A DNA stretch of 64,000 nt, taken from a virus. A program made the position numbers and the translations under genes. This document shows positions 1 to 8,824 of the stretch, piece by piece. The notes under the pieces were generated by a model that had not been told where the DNA came from, did no database searches, and was given only the letters and a program-made list of their open reading frames with translations. The stretch is taken from the IMG/VR virus record IMGVR_UViG_3300025127_000012. One strand, written 5' to 3'. Numbering within the stretch: position 1 is the first letter of the stretch; every line of letters begins with the position of its first letter.

Positions 1-515
1 ACTCTATCAAAGAAAGATGCTGCCATTTGTGCTCTCTCTTTTCCTTTGACATTGAAATCTACAACAGAACAACGTGAGTGAATAGGATCGATGATCCTGT
101 TCTTGTAGTTGCATGTAAATATAAATCTACAAGCATTCTGGAACTCTTCAATATTACCACGCAATAACATTTGTACATCAGGTGTACAATTATCTGCCTC
201 ATCTATAATTATAACTTTGTGCTTTGCTTTTGATGTAAGAGAAACACTAGCAGCAAATGACTTTGCTTGATTTCTTACAGTATCTAAGAATCTACCTTCA
301 TCAGATCCATTGATAACAAAGAAATCTGCTTCTAGTTCATTACATAATGCCTTAGCAATAGTTGTCTTACCTATGCCTGCGGGTCCTGCTAGGAGAAGAT
401 TAGGTATCTCTCCTTGTTCAACAAAACCTTCAAACATTTGAGACGTATTCTCAGGAAGAATACACTCTCTCACATTGGCGGGACGATATCTCTCGACCCA
501 CAAAAAATCATTCAT
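1..515 (-). CDS. g44: Clamp loader AAA+ subunit gp44 (5' part; runs off the window)
   Basis: Not in the ORF track. Manual translation from ATG at 515: MNDFLWVERYRP...NLLLAGPAGIGKTT...VINGSDEGRF...VIIIDEADN...IHSRC (RFC-type Walker A/B and SRC motifs). Lies downstream of g45. Confidence 0.95.
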   Translation of the reverse strand, partial: MNDFLWVERYRPANVRECILPENTSQMFEGFVEQGEIPNLLLAGPAGIGKTTIAKALCNELEADFFVINGSDEGRFLDTVRNQAKSFAASVSLTSKAKHKVIIIDEADNCTPDVQMLLRGNIEEFQNACRFIFTCNYKNRIIDPIHSRCSVVDFNVKGKERAQMAASFFDR

Positions 516-522
516 AATAAAA

Positions 523-1023
523 TTAAACCCAGTTAGGTTTACGATCAGGTTTCCTCAGATAATTATTGCATACCCAAGGTTTAGATGCAACATAACGTTT
601 GTATGCATCAAATGTAGAAATAGATTTGTCATGCTTGAACTCATCGTACATAGCACGAGCAAATGGTGTAGGACCTAGATCTTTCTTAGGAAAGATTTGG
701 TCTGCTACAAGTATTGTATCATGACAAGTATGTCTTTTACCATACCTGTGTGTATATTCCTCACATAAGGCAAGACCATGGTCAATTAACCACCGCCAGT
801 TTTTCTGTGCCCACTGTGTGCAAGGATGATTACGAAAGGCACCCTTCTCGGTCTTGTATGGTTGACCATCAGCACGAGGTAGAGTGCCAAAAGAATGACC
901 CCATTCCTCTGATGCTACGATTGATAGCATTTGACAGGTTTCTAGGGGCATTTTGACAATGTGTTTGTCAGGTAAAGATTGTGCAGACTTAACAGGGTCT
1001 GGATCTGTAACAAAGATGTTCAT
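523..1023 (-). CDS. Pyrimidine-dimer DNA glycosylase / endonuclease V-like protein
   Basis: MNIF..D.DPV.SAQ.LPDKHIVKMPLETCQMLS, HPCT.W and LC.EY..RYGKRH motifs of the Pyr_excise-like family. Confidence 0.7.
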   Translation of the reverse strand: MNIFVTDPDPVKSAQSLPDKHIVKMPLETCQMLSIVASEEWGHSFGTLPRADGQPYKTEKGAFRNHPCTQWAQKNWRWLIDHGLALCEEYTHRYGKRHTCHDTILVADQIFPKKDLGPTPFARAMYDEFKHDKSISTFDAYKRYVASKPWVCNNYLRKPDRKPNWV

Positions 1024-1481
1024 TCGTTAGACCTCCATTGCTTTCTCATGTTAACATATGTTTCATTTTTTGCAACCATGTCTCTAACTTTCTTAAATAT
1101 TCTAGCAGACTTAGCAAACTTATTAGTCATATGATCTGGTTCTTGGGGTTTGACGTTATGATTCTCATCATATTTGTTGCCATCTTTATGATTAGCATAA
1201 CGTCTTGATCTAGTAAAACCCATTTCCAAAAACTTACGACACATATCCATACCTATGAAGTCTTCCTCTTCTAGGTAATCTAGATACATGTCGAAGATAG
1301 TATGTGCAGACATCATTGCTATCTTTGGTGTCTTAAACCTCCAATGAGCACATATATCATTAGTATAAGGGCGAACCAAAAGGACTCCCTGTTCTCCTCT
1401 TCCAATACGATAAAGTTTACGAGTCTCCTCGTCCGTAAAATCAAGTGATTTATAATCGAGGTCATAATCAAACTCTTTCAT
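1020..1481 (-). CDS. DUF4385-family protein
   Basis: YRIGRGEQGVLLVRPY...WRFKTP and DFIGMDMCRKFLEMGFTRSRRYANHK motifs. Confidence 0.75.
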   Translation of the reverse strand: MKEFDYDLDYKSLDFTDEETRKLYRIGRGEQGVLLVRPYTNDICAHWRFKTPKIAMMSAHTIFDMYLDYLEEEDFIGMDMCRKFLEMGFTRSRRYANHKDGNKYDENHNVKPQEPDHMTNKFAKSARIFKKVRDMVAKNETYVNMRKQWRSNE

Positions 1482-1555
1482 TAATGTGGATTATAGTAAG
1501 TGAGGATTAAAAATACTATGAATATAATAACTAGAAAAATTAGACCGTACAACAT
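1481..1555 (-). CDS. 24-aa single-TM microprotein MLYGLIFLVIIFIVFLILTYYNPH
   Basis: Exactly fills the g45-DUF4385 gap, with TGATG and TAATG stop/start overlaps at the two ends. Confidence 0.6.
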   Translation of the reverse strand: MLYGLIFLVIIFIVFLILTYYNPH

Positions 1556-2286
1556 CAATACTCCGAATCAGGTTCAAGGGCAACAAGTAATTCAAGATTA
1601 GTTAATTCTTTCTTTGCTGTTGATTTTATTATAGCAGATAGTTTAGCAACTTTGCTAGTGAATAGTTCAACGTTATAACCTGATACAATATTTGATTTAC
1701 CACCTAGTGTAGGGCATACAATTCTAAGGTTCTCAGTCTTAACACAGAAACAGAACTCTTTATCTGATGCTCCTAGATCAACTGTGAATACATTAGATGA
1801 TGAGTTACGTTTGTCTGTAACCATTGCACTTAGATTACCACTGTCTGCTACGAAACAAATGTCTGGGAGACTGTATGTTGCAGCAGCATTGAACATTTTC
1901 TGGAAGTCTGCATACTCAATACTTACTTTCTGTACTGGGTCACCTAGGTTAGCAAGTTTATCAGGAGGAGCAGTAATCATTCTCTCGTCAGCATAGTAAT
2001 ACTTCATCTTACTACGTCCGTGACTGATATTAACTAGGTTCTCTTGGAAGTCTACATCACTCTTCAATCTCTCTCCACCTGATACAATGTTCATAGTGTT
2101 TAAGAAGACGTGTAGATCATAGATCGGTGCCTTTACTGGTATGTTTAGAGTGTTAAAGTCTGCCACTCCCATAATATTTTTGTTGTTAGAGATTGTAGAT
2201 ACTCTCTGACCAGGTTTCAAAAGTATAGAAGGATTAATAAGTTTAAAGATATTAAAGACTTCTAGTTGTTCATCAGAAATTTTCAT
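1555..2286 (-). CDS. g45: Sliding clamp gp45 (divergent)
   Basis: MKISDEQL..F..INPSILLKPG..STIS..KNI, IYDL..FL, KYYYAD..MIT.PP, TDKRNSSSN.F and C-terminal VALEPDS. Probable start is ATG 2286. Lies upstream of g44. Confidence 0.85.
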   Translation of the reverse strand: MKISDEQLEVFNIFKLINPSILLKPGQRVSTISNNKNIMGVADFNTLNIPVKAPIYDLHVFLNTMNIVSGGERLKSDVDFQENLVNISHGRSKMKYYYADERMITAPPDKLANLGDPVQKVSIEYADFQKMFNAAATYSLPDICFVADSGNLSAMVTDKRNSSSNVFTVDLGASDKEFCFCVKTENLRIVCPTLGGKSNIVSGYNVELFTSKVAKLSAIIKSTAKKELTNLELLVALEPDSEY

Positions 2287-2290
2287 AGAT

Positions 2291-2566
2291 TCAGTGATCA
2301 TTATCAAAGTTGGAGAAGTGGTACAGTAATATAGCATAGTGCATGACTTTCAATAAGTCCTGCTTGTTCTTGCCATTTTTCTTGCCAAACCTAGCAGCAT
2401 ATTTTATGATGTTAGATTGACAAAAGTCAGACACAGTACCTATGGACTCTAAGAGGTCTAAGGTCTGTGTCTTGTCTTGATCATCCCCTACATAATGTCC
2501 TTGGTATGTCTTGTCGACATACTCTTGGACAATTTTTAGGGTCTCGTTTTCACGATATTTGTTCAT
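2291..2566 (-). CDS. DUF3310/SaV-like conserved phage protein
   Basis: TYQGHY...FCQSNIIKYAARFGKKNG..QDLLKVMHYAILL motif. Confidence 0.65.
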   Translation of the reverse strand: MNKYRENETLKIVQEYVDKTYQGHYVGDDQDKTQTLDLLESIGTVSDFCQSNIIKYAARFGKKNGKNKQDLLKVMHYAILLYHFSNFDNDH

Positions 2567-2572
2567 AGATCT

Positions 2573-2601
2573 ATCTTAGCAGATAAATTAGTCTGCGTCA
2601 A
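2573..2601 (-). promoter_or_regulatory. Sigma70-type promoter for the DUF3310-g45-g44 operon
   Basis: TTGACG-N17-TAAGAT with TG extension; the ATG lies 7 nt after the -10 box. Confidence 0.6.
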
Positions 2602-3721
2602 CTTCGAGTGGTGTATCTCCTAGATCAACCTTAGCATCTATCTTAGAATATAATTCTAGGAATGCTGCCTTTGTCTCGTCGTCGAATCTGTTTAAGCAAA
2701 GTTTGATTGCTTTTAGTCTATCCTTGAAGATAGCGAATGCACGAATGATGTGTACAAGTCTACGAGTAGAGATGACTTCATCAACACCACCTTCTTTGAA
2801 GGTCTTACGGATGATCTCTGCCCATGTACCGAGGTTCTCGATGTACTCGTCATCACAGCAGTTCAACTCTGAGCAGTAGTTATGTAGTAACTTCTGTTCG
2901 ATCTTGATAGAAGGATACTCTTGCTCGAATGTGAGTGGGAATCTTTCTAGGAATGCTTCGTTTAGAACATTAGTGCCAACAAAGCGACCATCGTCAGAAC
3001 CTTTTCCCTTGGTGTTAGCGGTTGCCACCACTGTGAAACCCTTCTCGGGGTAAACTTGTTTACCGATCTTCTTAATGAATACACCGTTGCCCTCCAAGAT
3101 TGATTGTAAGCATAATATTTTGTTTGATGCTAGGTCTAACTCGTCGAGTAATAGAACTGCACCTCTTTGTAGTGCTTCGAGCACTGGACCGTTGTGCCAT
3201 ACTGTGTTGCCATCAACGAGTCTGAAACCACCGATCAAGTCATCTTCGTCAGTCTCAACTGTGATGTTGACTCTGATAAGATCTCTACCTAGTTGAGCAC
3301 ATGCTTGCTCGACACCGAATGTCTTACCATTACCTGATAGACCTGTGATGAATGTAGGATAGAACACCTTGGACTTGATGATCTTCTTCAAGTCAGTAAA
3401 GTTACCGAAAGGAACATAGTTAGGGTCCTTATCGGGAACAAGATCTTTTGCTGCTAGGTATGCAGGGTCAAAGGAGTCAACCATAGTTGTCTTGTTGGCA
3501 GTCTTGTTCTGGAAATTCTTTTCTAACTTCTCTGCGATAGTTAGATTCCACTTACCAATACCTGTCTTGTACTGTTTTAGTCTCTTCTTGACAGTTGCAT
3601 AACTCATGTTGAACTTGTCAGCAGCAACAAGAAGGTCTGGTGTGGTTACATCAAGACCGAACTTTTCTGAAAGGAAGTCAACTAGGTCTTGTGTGGAAAC
3701 TGGTATTGGGGCGAATGGCAT
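2588..3721 (-). CDS. cobS: CobS/MoxR-like AAA+ ATPase
   Basis: Walker A GLSGNGKT, RVNITVETDEDDLIGGFRL, Walker B LLLDELD, TANTKGKGS, NEAFLERF, ISTRRL. Confidence 0.9.
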   Translation of the reverse strand: MPFAPIPVSTQDLVDFLSEKFGLDVTTPDLLVAADKFNMSYATVKKRLKQYKTGIGKWNLTIAEKLEKNFQNKTANKTTMVDSFDPAYLAAKDLVPDKDPNYVPFGNFTDLKKIIKSKVFYPTFITGLSGNGKTFGVEQACAQLGRDLIRVNITVETDEDDLIGGFRLVDGNTVWHNGPVLEALQRGAVLLLDELDLASNKILCLQSILEGNGVFIKKIGKQVYPEKGFTVVATANTKGKGSDDGRFVGTNVLNEAFLERFPLTFEQEYPSIKIEQKLLHNYCSELNCCDDEYIENLGTWAEIIRKTFKEGGVDEVISTRRLVHIIRAFAIFKDRLKAIKLCLNRFDDETKAAFLELYSKIDAKVDLGDTPLEVDAD

Positions 3722-3748
3722 AATCTTTGTATTTGTTTGTATGGTTTA

Positions 3749-3806
3749 ATTGTATATGATTCTATGTGTGTTGTAAACACATAATGGACACTATGCTATC
3801 TGGCAC
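3749..3806 (-). promoter_or_regulatory. Early-type promoter with upstream CCAG-N6-TAGTG box
   Basis: TTTACA-N17-TACAAT (3777-3749) preceded by GTGCCAGATAGCATAGTGTCCA. Confidence 0.65.
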
Positions 3807-6046
3807 ACGAAGGAAGATAGCAAGTTACGGTTGACTGACTTAGACTTCAATGACTTAGCGAATGCACGTTTGATATCAGTCTTAGTTGCACCTTCTTCAA
3901 CCTTCATTTCAGTGTCCTCTGAGTAAGAATTAGATGCGATTACATACAACTCGCTGTAACCTGTGCTGTTGATAACTGCACATCTTTTCTTCTTGAATTG
4001 CTTCTGGACTTTTTCAATCTTCTTCTGGTCCCAGATACCTAGGTAACGAAGATAGTGAGCAAATCCTCTGCTTGGGCATATTCTGATACCAAGAACGTTT
4101 GACCCTGGATTTGTCTCTCTGATTATTTCTAGTAATCTGTTAGTCATATCAGAGTTAGCATTGTGCACAGTCTTGAAGTGACGACCTTTGTGTCTGATAA
4201 CAGTATTGTAGTGACCATAGTCAGGATACATTCCTGTATCTACACCGTATGATCTACCTTGTCTGGTTGTAGGTAGGCACTGTGACTCTCCATCTGTAAG
4301 TACGATCAAGTGGCACTTCTCTACATTGTGCTGTGACTTCCACTTACCTAGGTAGGACTGCATAACAACTAATGCTTCGTTGAGTGGTGTACCACCAAGA
4401 CCCATGAATGTAGGTGGTTTTGGTTCTACTCTATTCCAGTGACATCTTGATCTGTAATAGTTTGCAACTCTGTAAAGTAATTTGCAGTGATGATTGAATG
4501 TCTTTTGATTAACATCAGATGTAAGTAAGTTACCGTATCTGAATCTTCTATCAAGGAAGAACTCATCTTCATTGCGTGATGATATATTAGACTTTCCACC
4601 ACCATCATCATAGTATGGGTCCATGTGATCTTGTCCTGCATGTAAGAGACATAAACCACCATCAACAACGAATGAGTATACATCAAATGGGATACCTACT
4701 TTCTTACAGAACTGACATAGGTTGATGATCTGTAAGATTGTCTCGTAGATCTCTCCTGCCATAGAACCTGACCAGTCAACTAGGAATACAAGACCGTGGT
4801 TCTTACCGTCAGGTGTACGAGTTACCTTCTTGAATACATCATCATTGAATTTGTATGTGTGTAACTTAGCAGTATCAAGAACACCTGTCTTAGCAACTGA
4901 TGCACGAGCATATGCTGATGCTGCTTTCTTACACTCAAACTCTTTGACCATGTAGTTGACGTCCTTAGATGTTTGCTTACAGAACTCAACAAACTTTCTG
5001 TCAACTTCTATGAATGGGTCTACTTCTCCTCTCTCCTTTGCAGGAGCACTCTCGAACATTTCCCAATCTCTTTCTGCTACTTTCCAGATCAAATTTGCAG
5101 GAACAATGATTTCCTCATGATTAACTTGCTTTGGAAATGTTGCATACTTGACTTCGTTTGCTGCTCTGTCTGCTAGACCTTCTGCTGCTTCGTCGAATGA
5201 TTCTTGTGTTGTTACAGTCTCAATGCTAGGACGACCATAACCTTGGTTAGTGTTCTCTCCATGCTTGTTAGAAGGTTGCATCTGGTTGTCTGGTGTGTCA
5301 ACGTCAGGTTGGAAAGAGTTATTAGGTTGTTCAGTTTCCTGAGACTCACTCTTACCTTCTGATAGATCTTCTCCTTGGGGGAAGTCAGGATACTCTCTTT
5401 CTCCTGTGCTTGGTTCTGATTGTCCACCACCTTGTGTAGGAACCTGTGCTTTTACCTGTTGCTGTTGCTCTTCTTGTTGCTTTTGTTCTTCTGCTTCCTG
5501 TGCTTTCATGTAATCATAAATTGCCTTAGCAGCATCTATTGCGTCCTGGAATGTCTCTGCACGTCCCACAGCGTCTCTGAGAGGTGTCTCAGCAGGAGAA
5601 AAAGGCATCATTGCGTATGCACCTATCTTGAAGTGTAGGTTTACTCTGTCTATTAAGGTCAACTCATTAAGATCTGTGTCCTCTACTGAGAAGAAATCAT
5701 CTTCATGTAGTTCTGAGTATCCACCATGGAAATCTTTTGAGATTCCTGGATACTTACGCTTCATCAACTTCTCAATACGAGCATCTTCTGTAACGTTGAT
5801 GTAACCAAGTGGACATGGCGCGTTTGTAAATACATCTTTGTCGTTAGGTGTGTATAGTGCATGACCTACTTCGTGACCTACAAGCATGTTGTATACAATG
5901 TCACTTGCTTTGGTCCACATTGGAAGTGTCAATACTCTCTTATCTACATCGAATGATGCTGTTGGTACTTGCTTATGTTCTACAACTAAGTTCTCTGTTG
6001 CAAGTAGTCTTGCTAGTGAACCTTTGATTTCGATGTTTGTTGTCAT
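3791..6046 (-). CDS. HExxH metallopeptidase-like + vWA (CobT-like) protein, partner of the AAA ATPase
   Basis: HEVGHALYT, NVTEDARIE, Q/E-rich linker, MIDAS motifs DWSGSM, GGTPLNEA and VLTDGE. Probable start is ATG 6046. Confidence 0.85.
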   Translation of the reverse strand: MTTNIEIKGSLARLLATENLVVEHKQVPTASFDVDKRVLTLPMWTKASDIVYNMLVGHEVGHALYTPNDKDVFTNAPCPLGYINVTEDARIEKLMKRKYPGISKDFHGGYSELHEDDFFSVEDTDLNELTLIDRVNLHFKIGAYAMMPFSPAETPLRDAVGRAETFQDAIDAAKAIYDYMKAQEAEEQKQQEEQQQQVKAQVPTQGGGQSEPSTGEREYPDFPQGEDLSEGKSESQETEQPNNSFQPDVDTPDNQMQPSNKHGENTNQGYGRPSIETVTTQESFDEAAEGLADRAANEVKYATFPKQVNHEEIIVPANLIWKVAERDWEMFESAPAKERGEVDPFIEVDRKFVEFCKQTSKDVNYMVKEFECKKAASAYARASVAKTGVLDTAKLHTYKFNDDVFKKVTRTPDGKNHGLVFLVDWSGSMAGEIYETILQIINLCQFCKKVGIPFDVYSFVVDGGLCLLHAGQDHMDPYYDDGGGKSNISSRNEDEFFLDRRFRYGNLLTSDVNQKTFNHHCKLLYRVANYYRSRCHWNRVEPKPPTFMGLGGTPLNEALVVMQSYLGKWKSQHNVEKCHLIVLTDGESQCLPTTRQGRSYGVDTGMYPDYGHYNTVIRHKGRHFKTVHNANSDMTNRLLEIIRETNPGSNVLGIRICPSRGFAHYLRYLGIWDQKKIEKVQKQFKKKRCAVINSTGYSELYVIASNSYSEDTEMKVEEGATKTDIKRAFAKSLKSKSVNRNLLSSFVCQIA

Positions 6047-6067
6047 GTCTAACTCGTTTGTATATAC

Positions 6068-6124
6068 ACAGTATGACATAAAAAAGAGGGTATAAAACCC
6101 CCATTGTGCCACTAATTCAACTGG
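6068..6124 (-). promoter_or_regulatory. Early-type promoter with CCAG-N6-TAGTG box, overlapping a terminator-like hairpin
   Basis: CCAGTTGAATTAGTGGCAC followed by TTTATA-N17-TACTGT; GGGGGT-TTTAT-ACCCTC-TTTTTT hairpin. Confidence 0.55.
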
Positions 6125-6331
6125 TTATTCATTGTCATATATTCCATATGGTGTCAGATCATATTTAACCTTAGCAATACCCTCATGTTGAACACGTTTA
6201 GGTTGTCCTATCTTTTCTAGGATCTCAGCAGGAATCTTTTTCTTTGTAATGTCATAAGGTATAGGTGCATTTGCTACACATACTCTTATACATTCCCATT
6301 GTTCGTCAGTAAAGAAATTATTATGATACAT
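6125..6331 (-). CDS. Hypothetical protein (68 aa)
   Basis: ORF overlaps the upstream gene in a tight operon. Confidence 0.7.
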   Translation of the reverse strand: MYHNNFFTDEQWECIRVCVANAPIPYDITKKKIPAEILEKIGQPKRVQHEGIAKVKYDLTPYGIYDNE

Positions 6332-6575
6332 TGTAGATAGATTTTAGAAGGAACTCTTTGTCAAGATGCGGATTACCGTACAACTCTAATTGTAAACCAT
6401 CAGCATCAACGAATATATCATCCTCAGCATCTTTACGACAGTGTTGCCAATAGTATGTACCATCCTCTCTCTTCCAAAAATAACTGGTGTTGTGAGAGTC
6501 CAAGGTGGTCATCATAACCAAGGTCTGTTTGTGTTGCCAACATGGGTCGAGTGCTCTCTTCTCATACTCGGTCAT
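6321..6575 (-). CDS. Hypothetical protein (84 aa)
   Basis: ATGA overlap with the upstream ORF. Confidence 0.7.
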   Translation of the reverse strand: MTEYEKRALDPCWQHKQTLVMMTTLDSHNTSYFWKREDGTYYWQHCRKDAEDDIFVDADGLQLELYGNPHLDKEFLLKSIYNVS

Positions 6576-6796
6576 CTTCTGACTACCACAGTGTCAGGTT
6601 CGTCATCATCTTCTTCTGGTTTGAATACAAGTAACTCATCACCTGTCTGTACGTCTTTCATTTCTGGATGTACATTTCTTACAGGTTTATTGACTGCCTC
6701 AATCGTGGTTCTCATCATCATGAACATGAACATTGCACTACTTCCTGCTACTATGGCAAAAAGTAAGAAATAGATCCCCACGGTCAGGTCATTCAT
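6572..6796 (-). CDS. DUF2973-like small membrane protein
   Basis: N-terminal TM helix followed by HPEM.D...GDELLVF motif. Confidence 0.65.
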   Translation of the reverse strand: MNDLTVGIYFLLFAIVAGSSAMFMFMMMRTTIEAVNKPVRNVHPEMKDVQTGDELLVFKPEEDDDEPDTVVVRR

Positions 6797-6873
6797 TTTC
6801 TATTCTCGTATTGGTAGATTAAAAGTACTCCAAGTGTGACCCAGAATACTACTTCAAGTCCATAATTAGTCAT
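6793..6873 (-). CDS. 26-aa single-TM microprotein MTNYGLEVVFWVTLGVLLIYQYENRK
   Basis: Starts within the last codons of the psbN-like gene and ends in an ATGA overlap with the next gene. Confidence 0.6.
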   Translation of the reverse strand: MTNYGLEVVFWVTLGVLLIYQYENRK

Positions 6874-7075
6874 CGTGATCATCCCAAGGGTCTGTTAGAT
6901 CTTTATTGGCAAAGAATCCTTTGTATATACCAAATCCTGCTAACAGTACAGTAATGACTGCTATTGAAATACCAAATGTGATATTAGGATTAGCATTATA
7001 GTGTGGAATTATTGCGTTACACTTTGTCCAAGTCCCTGGTAGGGTATAGACTGGTGGGCAACTTGCTAGAAACAT
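6866..7075 (-). CDS. psbN: PsbN-like photosystem II assembly factor with N-terminal extension
   Basis: TM helix (FGISIAVITVLLAGFGIYKGF) followed by the PsbN signature tail L.DP[WF]DDH.D. Confidence 0.75.
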   Translation of the reverse strand: MFLASCPPVYTLPGTWTKCNAIIPHYNANPNITFGISIAVITVLLAGFGIYKGFFANKDLTDPWDDHDD

Positions 7076-7095
7076 AAATTTTAGATACTAACTTC

Positions 7096-7123
7096 ATTAT
7101 ACAGGAGACTATGCGTTTGTCAA
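7096..7123 (-). promoter_or_regulatory. Consensus sigma70 promoter for the psbN operon
   Basis: TTGACA-N16-TATAAT; the -35 box lies in the last codons of g46. Confidence 0.75.
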
Positions 7124-8824
7124 ATGTAAATTTGAGAAATCTCCATCTTTCTTAAACTCAACCGTCTTATCAAAGCGGTCAATTAGGACTTCACCTTTGT
7201 GTGAAATCACAAACAAATTAGTTTTGTCTAACTTATTCTTTAATATCTTCATCAGTTCGTCAGTGGCAGATTGATCTAGTGATGAGTCAAACACTTCATC
7301 AAGAATGAGTAGGTTAGTTGCCACACTATTTTTAAGTTGTGCAACTTCTCTCCATGTAAACAGTAGTGCTAGGTCAATCTTTTGCTTTTCACCCTCAGAG
7401 AATGAGGAGTATGTAAAGTCATCACGAAATCTGGATAGGATCTTCTCTGTAAAATTATCATCTAGTGTAAAGTTTACAAAGAAATCCATGCTGTGCAGAT
7501 ATTTATTAATTCTAGCATTGATAAGTGGTATAAACTTAGCAATTATCTTTGTTTTGATACCACTGTCCTTTAATAACTCACCTACAATACCAAGATAGTT
7601 TGCTTGTGTATTGACTTTGGCACAGTCATCTTTCTTATCTTCTAGGTTCTTCTGGATAGTAACTAATGATTGTCTCTCTTGCTCTAAGTTTGTAGTATCA
7701 CTACCAACCTCAGTTAGTATATCAGTATTTTCTTTGAGTAGTTTAGTTTCCTCATGTGTCAATGCCTGTATCTCATATCTGTAACCATTGATCTCTTCTG
7801 ATTTCTTCCTGAGATCTTTGACTGTTGTCGCAAGTTTTTTAATCTCATCAGTAATTTGTTTAGATCCTGCTGCTAATTCAGTTCCTTTTTCTGCAAGATA
7901 CTTTATCTTTGCTTCTTTAAACTGTTCAGTAATCTCTTGGGTACATGTAGGGCATGTGTGATTGTTCTCAAAGAAATCCATTTCTCTACGAGAGTTATCA
8001 AATTTAGATTTGATCTTGGTACGCATCTCTTTGAACTTCTCGTGCTTATCTACTGCCTTGTCTAGTTCTAATATCTGTGGTTCTAACGTGTCACACTTCT
8101 TATCTAGTTCTTTGATTCTAGATTTAATTTCTATACAACGTTGTTCGTTTTGATCAAACTTCTTCTGTTTCTTTTCCATCAGAGAAGTGTCAACCTTTTC
8201 TAAGTTCTCTATATTACGGAGTTGCATTTCAACTTTCTGTTGTGCAATATCCATTTCATATTCACATGTCCTCTGCTCGTCCTTGATCTCTTTGACTCTC
8301 TCTTTTAATAGTACATTCATCTGAGAGAATATTTGTATGTCTAGTATATCTTCTATGACTTCTCTTCTATTAGGTCCTGTCAACTGCATGAAAGGCACAA
8401 ACGTACTGCTACCCAGTATGACTACCTGTGTAAATGATTTGAAATTAAGTTTAAGTACAGACTGTTCTAAGTATTTCTGATCATCAGCAACAGATGCATT
8501 TGCATCGTAGAGTTCTCCATTGCGAAAGATCTGAAACTTAGAAGGTTTCATACCTCTGATAACTTTATATTCAATACTACCAATATTAAATTCTATTTCT
8601 ACTACACATTCCTTTTCATTAACTGTATTGATTAATTGTGTCTTACTAATCTTTCTAAATGGTTTTGCAAATAGACCAAAACAAAGAGCATCAAGAAGTG
8701 TACTCTTGCCTGCTCCATTATTACCTACAATTAATGTAGACGCAGTATCATTTAGATTGATTTCAGTAAACTGCTGACCAGTGGACAACAGATTCTTCCA
8801 TCTAATCTTTTCAAAAACAATCAT
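7109..8824 (-). CDS. g46: Recombination endonuclease subunit gp46 (Rad50/SbcC-like ATPase)
   Basis: GNNGAGKST Walker A, CPTC zinc hook, FSEGEK signature, LILDEVFDSSLD, ISHK. Confidence 0.97.
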   Translation of the reverse strand: MIVFEKIRWKNLLSTGQQFTEINLNDTASTLIVGNNGAGKSTLLDALCFGLFAKPFRKISKTQLINTVNEKECVVEIEFNIGSIEYKVIRGMKPSKFQIFRNGELYDANASVADDQKYLEQSVLKLNFKSFTQVVILGSSTFVPFMQLTGPNRREVIEDILDIQIFSQMNVLLKERVKEIKDEQRTCEYEMDIAQQKVEMQLRNIENLEKVDTSLMEKKQKKFDQNEQRCIEIKSRIKELDKKCDTLEPQILELDKAVDKHEKFKEMRTKIKSKFDNSRREMDFFENNHTCPTCTQEITEQFKEAKIKYLAEKGTELAAGSKQITDEIKKLATTVKDLRKKSEEINGYRYEIQALTHEETKLLKENTDILTEVGSDTTNLEQERQSLVTIQKNLEDKKDDCAKVNTQANYLGIVGELLKDSGIKTKIIAKFIPLINARINKYLHSMDFFVNFTLDDNFTEKILSRFRDDFTYSSFSEGEKQKIDLALLFTWREVAQLKNSVATNLLILDEVFDSSLDQSATDELMKILKNKLDKTNLFVISHKGEVLIDRFDKTVEFKKDGDFSNLHLTNA

